A DNA stretch of 64,000 nucleotides, from contig NMRA01000162.1 in the NCBI GenBank assembly GCA_002633005.1, positions 300,440 to 364,439 of the forward strand. The letters run 5' to 3'. The DNA comes from Phoronis australis (taxonomy: Eukaryota; Animalia; Phoronida). The translations under genes and the position numbers were made by a program. This document shows positions 1-12,814 of the stretch, piece by piece. Position 1 is the first letter of the stretch; every line of letters begins with the position of its first letter. The notes below the pieces were generated by a model that was not told the origin of the DNA, searched no databases, and worked only from the letters and a program-made list of their open reading frames with translations.

Positions 1-139
1 CTGAGTATTTTTCTCGCACTATGTCCATTATTACTGTTACTCAATGAATATAGTCAAGTGTCGGCCATTTTGACTTGCACAATATTTGTAAAAGTAACTG
101 TTATCTCCTTGGTTTTATTCAAGAGTTTGACACGCAGGA

Positions 140-335
140 GCATGTGCCTTATTTCAGGTATTAGGGGGCAGCTTCACATATAGTCGCATGTGCCTTATTT
201 CAGGTATTAGGGGCAGCTTCACATATAGTCGCGTGTGCCTTATTTCAGGTATTAGGGGCAGCTTCACATATAGTCGCGTGTGCCTTATTTCAGGTATTAG
301 GGGCAGCTTCACATATAGTCGCATGTGCCTTATTC
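140..335. repeat. 45-bp intronic minisatellite, ~4.3 copies
   Basis: Unit gcatgtgccttatttcaggtattaggggcagcttcacatatagtc repeated head-to-tail almost perfectly, with no spacers. Confidence 0.95.
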
Positions 336-488
336 CGGATAGGAGCAGCCTATGTGGTTGGTAATTGTCTACAGGGAACTGGTGAACATAATGTTTGGTC
401 ATGTTTGTGTGTTGGACTAAAGAGGTCACTGATGGTTTTGTTTTGAGCAACCTGGTGACCATTTGACGAAGCTCCGTTTTACTTCTAG

Positions 489-653
489 GTACTTCCTGCG
501 AGTGACGATAGTGAAACGACTCAGTGACCTAGTGAAGGAAATGGACGTAGCTGTACACACGCTCTCGTCGTACCCAGAGATGAACAACAGCATAAAGATG
601 GAGGTTGGCATTGAGGACTGTTTGCATATAGAGTTTGAATACAACAAGTCCAA
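489..653 (+). CDS. VPS26: VPS26 retromer subunit, internal coding exon (165 nt); upstream exons lie outside the window
   Basis: ttctag acceptor, gtgagt donor; encodes YFLRVTIVKRLSDLVKEMDVAVHTLSSYPEMNNSIKMEVGIEDCLHIEFEYNKS, hallmark VPS26 sequence. Confidence 0.97.
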
Positions 654-1126
654 GTGAGTGCAGGCCTATGGTCTCTGTGTGTGTGTTATCATCTTGTTAG
701 CTGTGGTGGATCACCATTCTGAAAGGTTGAGATGTTCTTCAATGTTGAGTCACAGAAAGATGTACTTTGGGATGCTCAACGATTAATTTTTCCCAGCAGT
801 CGCAGTTAGTTGTTAAAATTGAACCACTGAATCGGATGCAAATTTGGAAGCTCTATATGCTGTGACTCTTTTTTGTGGGAGAGTACTTCAGTATTCAAAG
901 TACCTTTGTCTTAAGTTTCACGTAAACTGAGACATTTTACCTCGGTCTGTACAAGTTAGAGCTGTAGAAAACTTTTTGATTAATGTTAATACATTGTGGT
1001 GTAATTTAGATATCTTAACTTGCTTACATCAGTCTGAGTAGTTAAGCTACCGCCTGGCGGGTTATTTCTGGCACTGTCTGCATAGTGACGGAACTGCCCC
1101 ATCTTGCTTATGATATCCGCCACTAG

Positions 1127-1233
1127 GTACCACCTGACCGACGTTATCGTGGGTAAAATCTACTTCCTGCTGGTCCGCATCAAGGTCCAGTTCATGGAGT
1201 TGGCCATTGTCAAGCGCGAGATCACTGGATCAG
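1127..1233 (+). CDS. VPS26: VPS26 alternative exon a (107 nt, mutually exclusive with 1812-1918)
   Basis: cactag acceptor, gtagtc donor; YHLTDVIVGKIYFLLVRIKVQFMELAIVKREITGS; phase 2 in and phase 1 out fit both flanking exons. Confidence 0.88.
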
Positions 1234-1811
1234 GTAGTCACTCGTCTCCTGTGTGGGGGCGTTCTTTAGTTCAGTCTTTGTCCCCCGTTGCTCACTTTTG
1301 TTGTTGTCGCAGCCGTTGTACGCATCGCCTTCACTGGGTCGCCATCACTTTGTTGAGAAGCAAACATAGCTGGAAACATGGCTGCTTTTAGTATTTCCTA
1401 CATCTCTGGCAGCAATCTGGTATTATCCAGGCATTGCGATTAGTTAAGGATGATACTACTGTAAACTGTACGTAAAAATTTCCAAGATTCAGCAATCGTG
1501 GCGTAATCATAGGCGCAGAGTTTCAAAAACAACTTTGCTGTCTCTGTTTCAGTGTCAGAGGACTGGTTTTGCCCCTGCAAGTAATTTTCCTCGTATGCCA
1601 GTATTTTTCCATGACGTGCCGTTTCTCTGCCATGTTTGCTCTTTGTCTCAATAGTTGCGACTCGCGTCGGCATTATTTCTGCCTAGCTACCAGTTTAATT
1701 TAGCTCACACAGACCTGCTGTCGGTTAGCTATCATCCGCGTCTCATCCGGGTTACTCAGTTCCTCCGTACTTCTTCAGTGGATTACGTTTGCATGTGTTT
1801 ATGTTGTGTAG

Positions 1812-1918
1812 GTATCATTTGAGGGACGTCATAGTGGGCAAGATCTACTTCCTGCTAGTGAGAATCAAGATCAAACACATGGAGGTGCAGATCATAAAAA
1901 GGGAAAGCACAGGCTCAG
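1812..1918 (+). CDS. VPS26: VPS26 alternative exon b (107 nt, mutually exclusive with 1127-1233)
   Basis: gtgtag acceptor, gtagtt donor; YHLRDVIVGKIYFLLVRIKIKHMEVQIIKRESTGS; same length and phases as exon a. Confidence 0.93.
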
Positions 1919-3543
1919 GTAGTTGTCGCCTCACTCACCGCTCTGTACTTTTGCTCTTTACAACCAGGGCACTTGATCACCTGAGGGGAAGGATGTCTGT
2001 GTCTTCTTGAAGGGATTTTTTTGATCGAACGGAAATTTCTCATCTCATGCCTACGAGCGTATTAGAAAACCTAAAAAGCATATTGATGTTATCCAAATAG
2101 ATGTCCTGAGGTATTCTTCCACAAATGTTCAGTGCTCTACTGTGAAACGTCTGCTGGTTTTGGTGGTTAGCGCTGCCTGAAATCCGATTCCTAGCATATG
2201 TTACCTTATGGAATGTAGTAATTATTATAACCTCAGTTGAAATTTGCTTATGTCTCATTAACCAACTTCTTTAGTTCTCAGATTTATTTGAATGTTTTTC
2301 CTTTCTGAAATAGCACAGGTCGGTGATACTTTCACAGTGTTCAAGAAGATTCCTTTTAATTAGCTCTGTCTCTATGTAGATGAATACTCCTTGCTGTGGT
2401 CTGTAAAACCGGGGGTGGGATGGTATAAATTTTTAGGAATTCTATTTGATTCTCAATAGGAGGTATTTGATTATTTTCAATAATTATTTATTCTGACTCA
2501 TTTGTCAAATTAATTCATTTCTTTCAAATGCAAGTAGTTAACTTACCATTAGCGCCAATTTTAGCAACAAATTTGTTAAATATGATAAAATGTCCTCTAA
2601 TGGAGCTGTTTGCTTGTTTAGTATCTCAATAATGCTCTTCAAAAGATACAAAAATGCCGCACCCAACAGCGAAAATTAGAATTGAATCGAAACAGGCCTT
2701 GGCATATTAATATCGAAATCAGTTGCTCCGGCCACATTTCGATTAGATTGCAATTTGATTATTATAATGTTCTCACCCTTATGTAATACCTGAACTAATG
2801 TTAAATGAAATGAAACCAAATTTCCGGGAATTCACATAATGTAGGTGAACATAATGGGAAGCTACCTTGGAGAATGGATCAGCTCAAAACTTGTAAACGC
2901 CCATAGTATTGCCCACCCCTACTTCACACTTGAAATGCCCAAACTACAAATTGGTGCTTTAGTTTGTCTTTAATAACCTTTCCTTTAGCTCTTGATTTCA
3001 AGCTTGCTCGTACAGTGTCTGTTCTTAAAATACTTCTCACTGCTATCTGGCTTCTTCACAAAGTCGTCATCTGTTACTGGTTACCATCTTCGGTCAAAAA
3101 ACTAACTTTGTTTAGACTACTGGTCTCGGCTTGTTATTTCGAAGGGATTTTGAGCTTGCTTGGGACTGGTGGATCATTACTACTTAAGACCAGGCTCAGT
3201 CTGTTGGCTTGATTCAGACACCAGATGGAGTACTCATTGGTTTGTTGCACAAAACCTTGAGATGGGACCAGCTATCTTGATCGAGTCTGTTCTCTAGCAA
3301 TGTGTATCAAAACTACCAGTTCGTCCTATGCGTAGAAATCCATTCTAAAATACAGAACAAGTTGAGGCCGATTTTCAACCGTTAATTTTTTAATAGTTTT
3401 TTTAAAATTTACTTAAAAGATTCATTCAAACAAAGATGTGATGCTAAAGCACGCGTTTACCTTGTTCTACTGGAATTGCTAAAGTAGATTGTGACTCATA
3501 TGTTTCGCATGATAACGGGGTGTGCATTGTTGTTATATTTCAG

Positions 3544-3612
3544 GGCCGAATACCTTCAATGAAAATGAAACGATTGCAAAATATGAAATCATGGACGGTG
3601 CCCCAGTCAGAG
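3544..3612 (+). CDS. VPS26: VPS26 coding exon (69 nt)
   Basis: tttcag acceptor, gtgagt donor; (G)PNTFNENETIAKYEIMDGAPVR. Confidence 0.96.
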
Positions 3613-4647
3613 GTGAGTATTTCTTTTTACAAAGTGTTTGTATTGCATTTTTAATTTTAAATTAATGTAAGGTTGCCATAATTAATGTGATATTAAGATT
3701 GACCTGATTGGAACTCTTAGTCAACTCTTAGTCAGGCAGATGATGACTGCTCGACTTGTTGCATAGTTGTGTGCTGGATTTCATCGGTGATGTCACGTAA
3801 CCACACATCGTATTGCCGACAGAGTTGTGCAATTCGTGCTGTTCAGCCTCGGTGTTTTTTTGTACGAATGTTCGTTAAGTACCATTTCCCTGGACTGTTG
3901 AAACCAAGAAATTTCCGACATCACGATCTGATCTAGTATCATAATGCTGTGGTAGTAAGCGGGTCAGAGCTTACAGTCACACAAAGGAATCAGCTGGTGA
4001 ATGAAAGTCAACTGTTTTCCCTGTCCTAAGTTTTTCTGGTAATTATTGTATTTCATACAAAACACATTCTTCTTTTCGACATTAGTTGAGCATCATTTGA
4101 GATAGTATTTTTAAATATCATTTAGTGTCAGGCGCTCTGTTCACAACAATAATTGCTGGATTACGTGACCTTATCAGATGAACGTAGACAATGAGAGAGC
4201 TGGAGTATATAAACATTGGTTTGCTAACTTTCTTCCTTTGCCTCGCTGTCAAAACTGATATAATGACATGGCTGTATCCCGACTAGCAAGTCGGTGAAAT
4301 CAGTGTAGTCGTCCCACAGCGTATGTACGTAAAGTTGTTTAATAGTGCTATACTTGCGAATAAAACCTAGCAAACAACAGGGCTTCGAAAGAATTGACGG
4401 TCTTTATAAATTGACTTGCCGTGAGTATAGTCTCAAGGCACAACCGACTGCCACTTCCTGCTAACCTAGAAATCACTTGAGACCACGTTTTTAGTGAGAA
4501 GTAGTCTAAATCAAGAGTTCACTTCTTGCATGGAACACCGGTTTATAACACCTTTGTCAATATGGGTCTTTTTGTTTGGAGGTCTACAGCTCTGTTCTTG
4601 GAAATGTTTTTTATGCGTGCGTCTGATGTTTTTTTACTTTGATATAG

Positions 4648-4790
4648 GCGAGTCGATACCGATACGGTTGTTCCTGAGTGGATACGAGTTGACACCGACA
4701 ATGCGAGACATCAACAAGAAATTCTCAGTACGGTACTACCTAAACCTTGTTCTAGTGGATGAAGAAGAGCGGAGATACTTCAAGCAGCAG
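4648..4790 (+). CDS. VPS26: VPS26 coding exon (143 nt)
   Basis: atatag acceptor, gtgagt donor; (G)ESIPIRLFLSGYELTPTMRDINKKFSVRYYLNLVLVDEEERRYFKQQ. Confidence 0.97.
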
Positions 4791-5565
4791 GTGAGTGTCT
4801 CTGGAGGTGTTTCTAGTGGGCTGATGAAAACGACGCGACTTAAGATATGCTTCTTGAGCTGTATTGAAAATTTTTTTGTTTGAACATTGTCCTTTTAGTA
4901 GACCAGTGAAAATGCATTGGTGGAGATGTGTTTCTTGTGCTCTGTTGAGAATGTTTTGTGAGAGTGTGATTGTGCTTCTAGTGTTCTGGTTAGAATGCCT
5001 TGTGTGAACGTGGTGCTTCTGCTGCTCTGGTCATAGTGCCTCGTGTGAACATGGTGCTTCTGGTGCTGTGGTGGAAGTGCCTTAAACTTCACAAAGAGAG
5101 TCAGACTGTATAAAGTGGCACAGTACATGCTATTCAACTTACGATTAGTTGAAATCAAAACCAAATCTGGACGCGACGCTTAGCATAACACCAAATGAAA
5201 CCTGGAAATTTCCCAGGTTGCCAAATAGGAAGGGAGATCTCCAACGTCCTTAGCAACAACCTTAAATGAAATAAAAGATACGTGGAGCAAAAAAACGGTG
5301 AACTCTGCAAATGTGTGTCGGTGCATCCTAAATCAGGGTGATCTGCACATCTTTCCTCTACCTGTCTCATACATGGGCATTCCGATACTTGCTAAACGAT
5401 TCCGACTTGGTTAGTTTTCTTCCCGCAGTATTTTGAGTGCATGCTCGGATGTGTGAATAGCGACTTCCTGGCGACCTGGAATTTTTCCTACGTCGCCCAA
5501 CAATGTGATGCCGACAAATCGAGCCCTGCAACTACAGTACCCAGTCATATTAATCTCTGTTGTAG

Positions 5566-5709
5566 GAGATCACAGTATTTCGCAAGGCGGACAAAGCACG
5601 GCGGACACAAGGAGGTGGCAGAAAAATGGAGGAGCAGGAGGCAATGAAACGACACGAGCCGGACTTACTAGCAGGAAGTCAACAGGCTGATGGCAATGAG
5701 GAACAGTGA
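5566..5709 (+). CDS. VPS26: VPS26 last coding exon
   Basis: ttgtag acceptor, phase 0; EITVFRKADKARRTQGGGRKMEEQEAMKRHEPDLLAGSQQADGNEEQ-stop; the start matches the EI..xRK end of the VPS26 domain. Confidence 0.9.
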   Translation, partial: EITVFRKADKARRTQGGGRKMEEQEAMKRHEPDLLAGSQQADGNEEQ

Positions 5710-8573
5710 GGCCTGCTTGCCTGTCAATCACGCACGTTACATTGCGTTGTCTATGGCAAAAGTGAAACCGTGGTTGAGTTGTTGTTGACGATAATCAGAC
5801 GACAGGACAGCTTCAGTGTGTGGGAATAGAGAAACTTTGTCGGAGAGAAATGCAAACTGATTGGTCGACTCCGGTTTAATGAATTTTTGCTGCATTCATC
5901 TTTTTTATGGATCATATATTTTCATCAGTCATCCCATTTGGATGTTAATGGTCGAGGAATAGCTTATGAAGAGACAGTTGCTGTGGCTTCATAGTTTTCC
6001 TGTTTAACTTGATCTTGCCTTCTTGAAAAAAAATGATATTTAAAATGTCCTCCCGATGTTGCAGTACTGACTTTCAGATGGGGGATTGAATCTTTCAGTT
6101 TGCGTCAAAAATTTAGCTGCCGTCTGTTGGTCATTCTGTGTACTAAGTGTGGCGTACTGATCCAAGAATGATGCAATTTCATTGCGACAATACTCTGCTA
6201 AGGTCACTGTTAAGTTTCCTGTCCAGTTCGTTCCTCCTACATTATTTTAAATTGATTAGTTATAACCCTCATGCAGAATGTTCAGGAGTGCCGAATCAGT
6301 CTCTGAAACAATTGAAATAAGTGCTTGCCATGTTTTTTGCTCCTGAGATGTAACAGGGAAGTGTTGCTTTCGCTTCATCTGCTTGTCTTGTTCATACTGC
6401 CGTTTCAAGAACTGTATCTGACGGTGAACTGGATACGAACACCACTCATTGACAAGTTCTCTTTTATGTTAGTAAACGATAAATTTCTTGGTAGTGTTGT
6501 TCATTGTCAGCATGTTCTATAGCCAATGATGTCAAAAGAATGCGTCTCAATCACATCTTTTCTCAATGTCTGCTGCTGTTCACAATTATTGCCATTTTCA
6601 CAAGTTTGTAAATCGCAGTCTTTTCAGACAACCCCTTCCCGTGCCCTGAAAGTGTTAAAATGTTGGCATTTTTTAAGCCAGTATTCATTTACGTAAACTG
6701 CTAGGTAGGTTTTATATTTTCTTGTTGGTGTTCATCCATATAACGACATTTTTCTGTTGAAAAATCAGTACATAAAGCATTGAATGCTTGTCTTTTCACT
6801 ATAATTTCTATGTTTTCAAAAGCATGCGCCATATTACTGACCCCTCCCTAAATTGTATGTTTTATCGACTGGTGGTAATAGCGATAATTTTGTTGTTTTA
6901 GCTGGACATGATAACTCGTACGTTATTTCTCGATTTGCTCCTTTGCAGTATATCTGTATGTTGTGGAGCAATCCACTTTCTTTGAGTGAATTTTTAATAA
7001 TGGACACGTTCCAGAGTGTCCCAATGCCATTGGACTGGAACGGAGGATTTACAAGTTGAGCGGGTGTACTGCAAAGTTGTATTGTTGGCAGTCATTTCCT
7101 ATTGACAGTCAGTAAATGCTTTTCGCCGATGCTGCTTGCAGAGATCGGAGACCTGCTATTAGATTAAGTATTTCTTTTCCAACTACGGAGCATACTTTAT
7201 GAAACTGATTCTAACTATTGTGTATTTAAAGTTGCATAAATGATTGTAAATAAGTTGTACAGAATTCAACATTTAGTTGTTAATCGTGTTGTTGAGAGCA
7301 CATCATCAAGTCTCCATGCTTCAGGTGGAAGGTTAAACATGTGCTTACAGTATATTGCTATATTTCAGTTATCTTAGGTATAGTTATAAATCACGGTTAA
7401 CCCGTGGTAGTGTAGAACCAGTTTGATGTAGGAAAATCTAATCATGTTTTTATTACTTGTTATTAGTCTAAAAAGTCCTACTAAAGTAGAGGCGATTCTC
7501 CGTCTATGATGACCCATTCCACAGAGTTGCTGATGCGCTGGTCATTACTCTTGGTTGCTGGTAGCTCTCATGTTCTGCTCGATGTTGTGAGTGCACTCGG
7601 CCTAGTCAATATTTTTTGTTGCACAGTTTGTGCAAGCATAACGTTGTTTCATTTTAGTAAATCTTTGATGCAAACAAGCACATGCCCTCAATAAACTGGG
7701 ATGGTAATGGTCAACCATACTCCTTCAGTAGTTTGACAAGCTTAGTTCGATTTGCTAGTAGAGTCTTCAAATAAGAAAAAAGTTAATTCAGCAGAGTTCT
7801 ATTCATTAAATGTTGTTTGACTGGTACAACCGTAGTATTTTATGTTTGTACATCTGAAGTGCTTGTGAAACAATTCTTCTTGTAGAAATACAACGAATTC
7901 ACATGCGACTCCTATCCCACAAACACCCACATATTTGGTGATCAACCATCTGTTTGGATGGTAAAAGAGGACCCTTTCTTTTGCCATTAGCGCCACCTAT
8001 TGAATATTGAGTCACCCACTGAAAACCCAGCATTATGTTGCTATGGAAATCTTGCTTGTTTTATGAAAATTTCTCTCTTCTGCCATATTGTCCTAAATTA
8101 GTGGGTTTTACCGAGTTTGATTTTTTGAAATCCCAAAAGGTAGCAAGAGAGGGCGACGTTCATACAGAGGGCTTTGTAGTTGTTGAAATTAACCATTATA
8201 CTCCATTGTAGTTAACATTTGAACAGAGGATGACATCGTTCATTATTGGAATTCAGTTGGGACTGGAAGTTGCATAATTTCAAGTTAATTGCCAGGTAAA
8301 CACTATGTAATACAGACAAAATCATGAGTTGTCTTAACACTGTTTGAACTTCGGTCAGAACTCGGCATGTTTTGTAAAACTTGTTTGTTGTAGCAATGTA
8401 TCACTGATCTTTACCTTGCAGACAGCTTTTCAAAGCTGTTTTTATTGAACATTTGGTGTTATTACGATAATTGTACAGCACTATGGAGCAATTGTGGAAA
8501 ATGTTGTAAATGATTTAATTATTATTATTATCTGTTATATTGATTATAGATTATTGATAAATAGAAAACATCA

Positions 8574-8579
8574 AATAAA
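8574..8579 (+). terminator. Candidate polyadenylation signal for VPS26 (implies a ~2.9-kb 3'UTR)
   Basis: AATAAA followed by T/GT-rich sequence; the + strand switches from T-rich to A-rich shortly after. Confidence 0.45.
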
Positions 8580-8666
8580 ATGTTAATTCTGCTTGTTTGA
8601 ATTCTTACTTTTCGTGTAAGTCATTTGTCTCGTCACTCAACGGAACGCTATGACAAACATTTTGCC

Positions 8667-8678
8667 TTTATTTTTATT
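8667..8678 (-). terminator. Candidate tandem polyadenylation signals for the SPRYD3-like gene
   Basis: Two TTTATT hexamers (AATAAA on the minus strand) about 1.2 kb past the SPRYD3 stop. Confidence 0.45.
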
Positions 8679-9903
8679 ACTAGAAATAAAAGCATATTTA
8701 AAAGTTAAAAATGTGAACATAGAGATTCACAAGGTTATGACAAAAAACACAAACCTAATTATGCTTGGCAACCAAACAAAATAAGAATAAACATCATTGT
8801 AACAATTGTAGAAATTCTGGAGACAAACCATCAATACTTAGTTATAAAACAACCTAATATCACACTTCAAAAGTTCAACAAATAAACAGTTGAATATAAA
8901 AAAGATATGGCATAATGAGATCACAGAATATTCTCCAGTGACGAGTTGCACAATCCACCGGATGGGCTTGTGATTTTGGCAAGATCGTGCCAGGCGCAAC
9001 AAAACATCCCCATGCAGAGTTTGTTCTGTCCTGTGATTGTTTTAAAGTTTTAATGCATTCCCAATTTTGTGGTCAACAGCTGTCTTCAATTAGTATCGTA
9101 CATGGAATGAACTCGAACAGATAGCCAGGGTACAATGAAGTAATTGTGTACCTATGCCACAAATCTCACTTGAACAATGATATTCTACATAATGAACGAG
9201 TGCCACCGAGAGTTGATTATACAGTTATGCACCCGCGCAGTGGAACGAGTATCCCAATTGACTGGTCGGCCAGTCGGGATACAGCCCTGTCCTTGTCAGT
9301 TTAACAGTGGCAAACCAATGTTTACATAGTCCAGCTCTCTTATGGTTTGCTTTCATCTGCTAAGCTCACGCAATCCAGTAATTATGTTTTTAACAGCTTG
9401 CCTGACCCTAACCCATATTAAAAAGTATTATTTGCAAACGATCTTCAACAAATGTTGTGAAGCAGATGTGTTTTGTATGAAATATCAGCACCAAAAATTT
9501 CTAATGCAGAAAAATGGTTGACTTTCAGAGAAATTAGACTTAACTTTCACCTATTGATTACTTTGAGTGACTGCGAGCTCTGACCAGCATAATCGCAGTA
9601 TTGTGTACCATATGGAACACAAAAGGCTTGCTTGACAATATAATCGAGCGCGATTCTAGATTAGATCGTGATAGTGGAAATCTCGTCATATTTACACTCC
9701 AGAATGGTATATAGTGCCACAAAATACACGACTGTTTACAAAGCATGAAGTCTACCTGCCGATAAAAAAGCCCAAATTTCATAAAACTGACACAACTAAG
9801 ATACGTATTACAATATGGCACAACCAATGTTGTACAGATGAAAGCTCTCATTTCATTGTCACGCTGTCATGCAAGGTTTGTTACCAGGAGACGGCTACAA
9901 TAG

Positions 9904-10038
9904 TCAGCCTGTAAGAGGCTGCAGATCCACCAGAACTCTTTCATTGGAGCTCATCATACCGATGGTAGGGAAAAATCCACCAGGAGGTATTCGCACTTGC
10001 TTCTTGCCAAGAATTGAACCGTTTTTGGTAAAGAACAC
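9904..10038 (-). CDS. SPRYD3: SPRYD3-like last coding exon
   Basis: ttgcag acceptor; VFFTKNGSILGKKQVRIPPGGFFPTIGMMSSNERVLVDLQPLTG-stop, matching the characteristic SPRYD3 C-terminus. Confidence 0.93.
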   Translation of the reverse strand: MFFTKNGSILGKKQVRIPPGGFFPTIGMMSSNERVLVDLQPLTG

Positions 10039-11492
10039 CTGCAATAGTTGAGACATCAGTTAAAATTCAATACAATCATTGATTGGCTAAATACAATTTG
10101 ATCAACTCCAGCTGGATGGGAATATCTGTTCACTTTTCAGACAGCCTAGATGGAAGTTGTTGCTATTTGTGATCTGACCATTTAGATGCACAAAGTGCAT
10201 AATGCAAAACGGCCGAGACGCAATCCCCGGGACTTCGGGAACTATAAACTGAAGAGTCACACTATTTAGAAGAATTATAAAAGGATACCAAACCCTGTTT
10301 TGGCCTATAACAGATATTAAAAACGAGTCATCTATCCAATTATCTGAAACAAAATTGAACTATGTAACCCTCCCCCGGACAACCTCAAAAGTTTGGAGGA
10401 CTTTTTGAAAACTCTTAGCAAAGTCTGCTACACAGGCAAGCATGACCTACGCTTTAAGCAAATTGCACAGCACCTCTGGGTAAACACCATCCACCAAGAA
10501 CCATAACATCCAATCTGTGACATAGGGAGTATGACTTTTTAGTCGATTTGTGCTTTTACCATTTTCAAGATTGACGCCAATGATGCCTTAGCAGCTGACA
10601 GAACAAGGATTGGCTTTAGTTAAAACATCAAAACAAGGTTTCCGAGTAATTCCTTTGAAGTAGGCTTGCCCGTCAAGTGAAAAAAGTAAAAACTAACGTT
10701 TATTGCCACCAGCAGAGGTGAAATCGCATCATTCACCAAACAAAGACTTGCGGTTTACTCAGAATTTCGACTGCCTGTGTGGGTGAACTGTGTATCCTGG
10801 GTGGTTTATCTTCGTACGAAATATGGATTTTGTTGTGACATAATGGCAGTACACTGTCCATCAAAGCAGGACAAAAATTGCTAATGAAGCATAATACAAG
10901 GAAAAAAAGCCACCAGTGATCGTGTGTAAATTGATCCCTCAGGCATGTTAACCGATAAGATCTCAGGAGACTGTTACCTTTAGTCCAAATAACCAGACAA
11001 TGCCCTTGGGATCCATTCAAATTGTAAAATACTGCCAATCAATGCGTACCAGCACCATTTTTCCGATTACCAACCCCAATAAAATCCTTTTCTTGAGTCA
11101 TTTCAATGTTTGTGTTGGTACTGTGAATACAATTCTATCACGGTGAGACCAATTTTATGAGTCAAATGCCCAATTTGATTTTGCTCCTTTAGCCAGCTGA
11201 ACAGAACAAATTGCAGCTTTTAATTAACTGTTTGGCTTCTAAAATTGGATTCCTAGCGAAAAGTTGAGTTAGCCTCATTTCTCCATGAAGGAATATGACA
11301 ATTAAAAGTTAGCCAAAATAAATTGGATTCGGTTTATTGACCAGGATTACAATCATGGCAGATGTCTTCACCACACACAGACTGCGTGACAGTGGACTAC
11401 ATTTTTGACACTAGAATTTGGACGGCTGTTGTCTAAACTTGAAACTAAAAAGAGAAATTTATAATGAATTTCTTCAAAACATGAAACTATAC

Positions 11493-11632
11493 CTCAACAA
11501 CAGGCCTCTTCTGGAAATTCTCCCTCTCCCACCAAGTTTCATCCTCGGAATCATCAAGTGTTGGATCACTGTCCGAAGAGTCAGACTGTTCACCAGAATC
11601 TGAATCGCTGTCACTACCAGATGTGTCTGACA
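11493..11632 (-). CDS. SPRYD3: SPRYD3-like exon (140 nt; acidic Ser/Asp insert)
   Basis: atccag acceptor, gtatag donor; SDTSGSDSDSDSGEQSDSSDSDPTLDDSEDETWWERENFQKRPVVE; phase 1 to 0 fits its neighbours. Confidence 0.85.
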
Positions 11633-12643
11633 CTGGATGAAACAAAATTGATATCAAAATGGTAAAATCTCGCCAATTTAGAGCATAACATAGCAAACAA
11701 GTGACTTTTTTCCATATTTTTCATAACACTATATCTCACATCTGATGACGTTTTGAGAAATGAAAGTTATTCACAACAATATTACAAAGACTTTACAACA
11801 AACTTTGTCTTTCCTAGAAACCAAAATTTCCAACTGAGGGCCAAAAAATACTTATGACAAACTGGAAGCCATGTAAAACTACGTTCATCTGCTGAGGAGT
11901 TGGCAAAAAACCACCAGAGGTATATCAGGTGTTCCTCAATCTGTGTAAAGTACATCATCCAAATATAAGACAAACACATCTAGCCTTTTAATCGTTGATT
12001 CAACTCTTGGTTTAACGCAATTAAGCCTTACGGTTACGTATGTAGGACCGTAGAAAAATAACATATTTGGCCAACTACGAACATCATATCTCAGGAACGG
12101 CTTGAATTTACACGAACGTTTCAGTTATCAGGCTTTAGGCACGTTCTCCAACACCTTCCTAGAATTTGTTTGTCAAATGTTTTGCTTTTGCATAAGATAT
12201 AAATAAAACAAAACTTTTATGATTTGCGTGAAAAAAATCAAAAGTTGCATAAAATGAAAACGAAACAACTTGGAAAACCATAAGAGCTTTGAAATATCAT
12301 CTTGAGCCTTTATAACAAACAAAATTTGGTGTGACTTGATATTGATACCATTGTTTTGATAGGGAATGTACCTATACTTTTTTGTTAAATTTTCATAAAA
12401 CATGTGGTCACTTGATCCCAAATGGCAAATTGACAAACAGTAAAAAAATCAATTTTACACTGATTTTCTACTTTCAGAAAACATAACTTTAATGACTAAA
12501 TCAGCTTTCTAGGTGTTTGGTAAGAACACAGATTTGTCAATAAGGACCAACATAACCTTAACTCTAAACGAAGCTACTTGCAACGAAATGGGCAGGTTTT
12601 CAAAATAGTGGTCAAATAGTATCACGTCTGCCATCAGCCTTAC

Positions 12644-12814
12644 TCATATCAGTGAGTGGTCGTCTTTGATTATTTTTTTCAGGCCCTGCTCCTGACACTT
12701 GCTCTTTGTCGTTTTCCAGTGGAAACAGAATCCCACAACCCATTATATCACCTTTACTGCAGCTTGGACCAAGTGGTTTACCCCTGCCGATGCCAGTGAA
12801 AATCTTCCCATCGT
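12644..12814 (-). CDS. SPRYD3: SPRYD3-like exon (171 nt)
   Basis: ttgcag acceptor, gtaagg donor; DDGKIFTGIGRGKPLGPSCSKGDIMGCGILFP..., SPRY core. Confidence 0.9.

Noticed and set aside
140-335. CRISPR-like array or repetitive 102-aa ORF
   Set aside because: Units are contiguous with no unique spacers, no cas genes are present, and it sits in a eukaryotic intron; the ORF arises only because 45 is divisible by 3.
1127-1233. Duplicated VPS26 exon as an assembly artefact or dead pseudo-exon
   Set aside because: The copies differ at many synonymous sites, the flanks are not duplicated at high identity, and frame and splice sites are intact.
11493-11632. Ser/Asp repeat as a separate biomineral-like or adhesin-like protein
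   Set aside because: It is a phase-consistent internal SPRYD3 exon forming an acidic loop.
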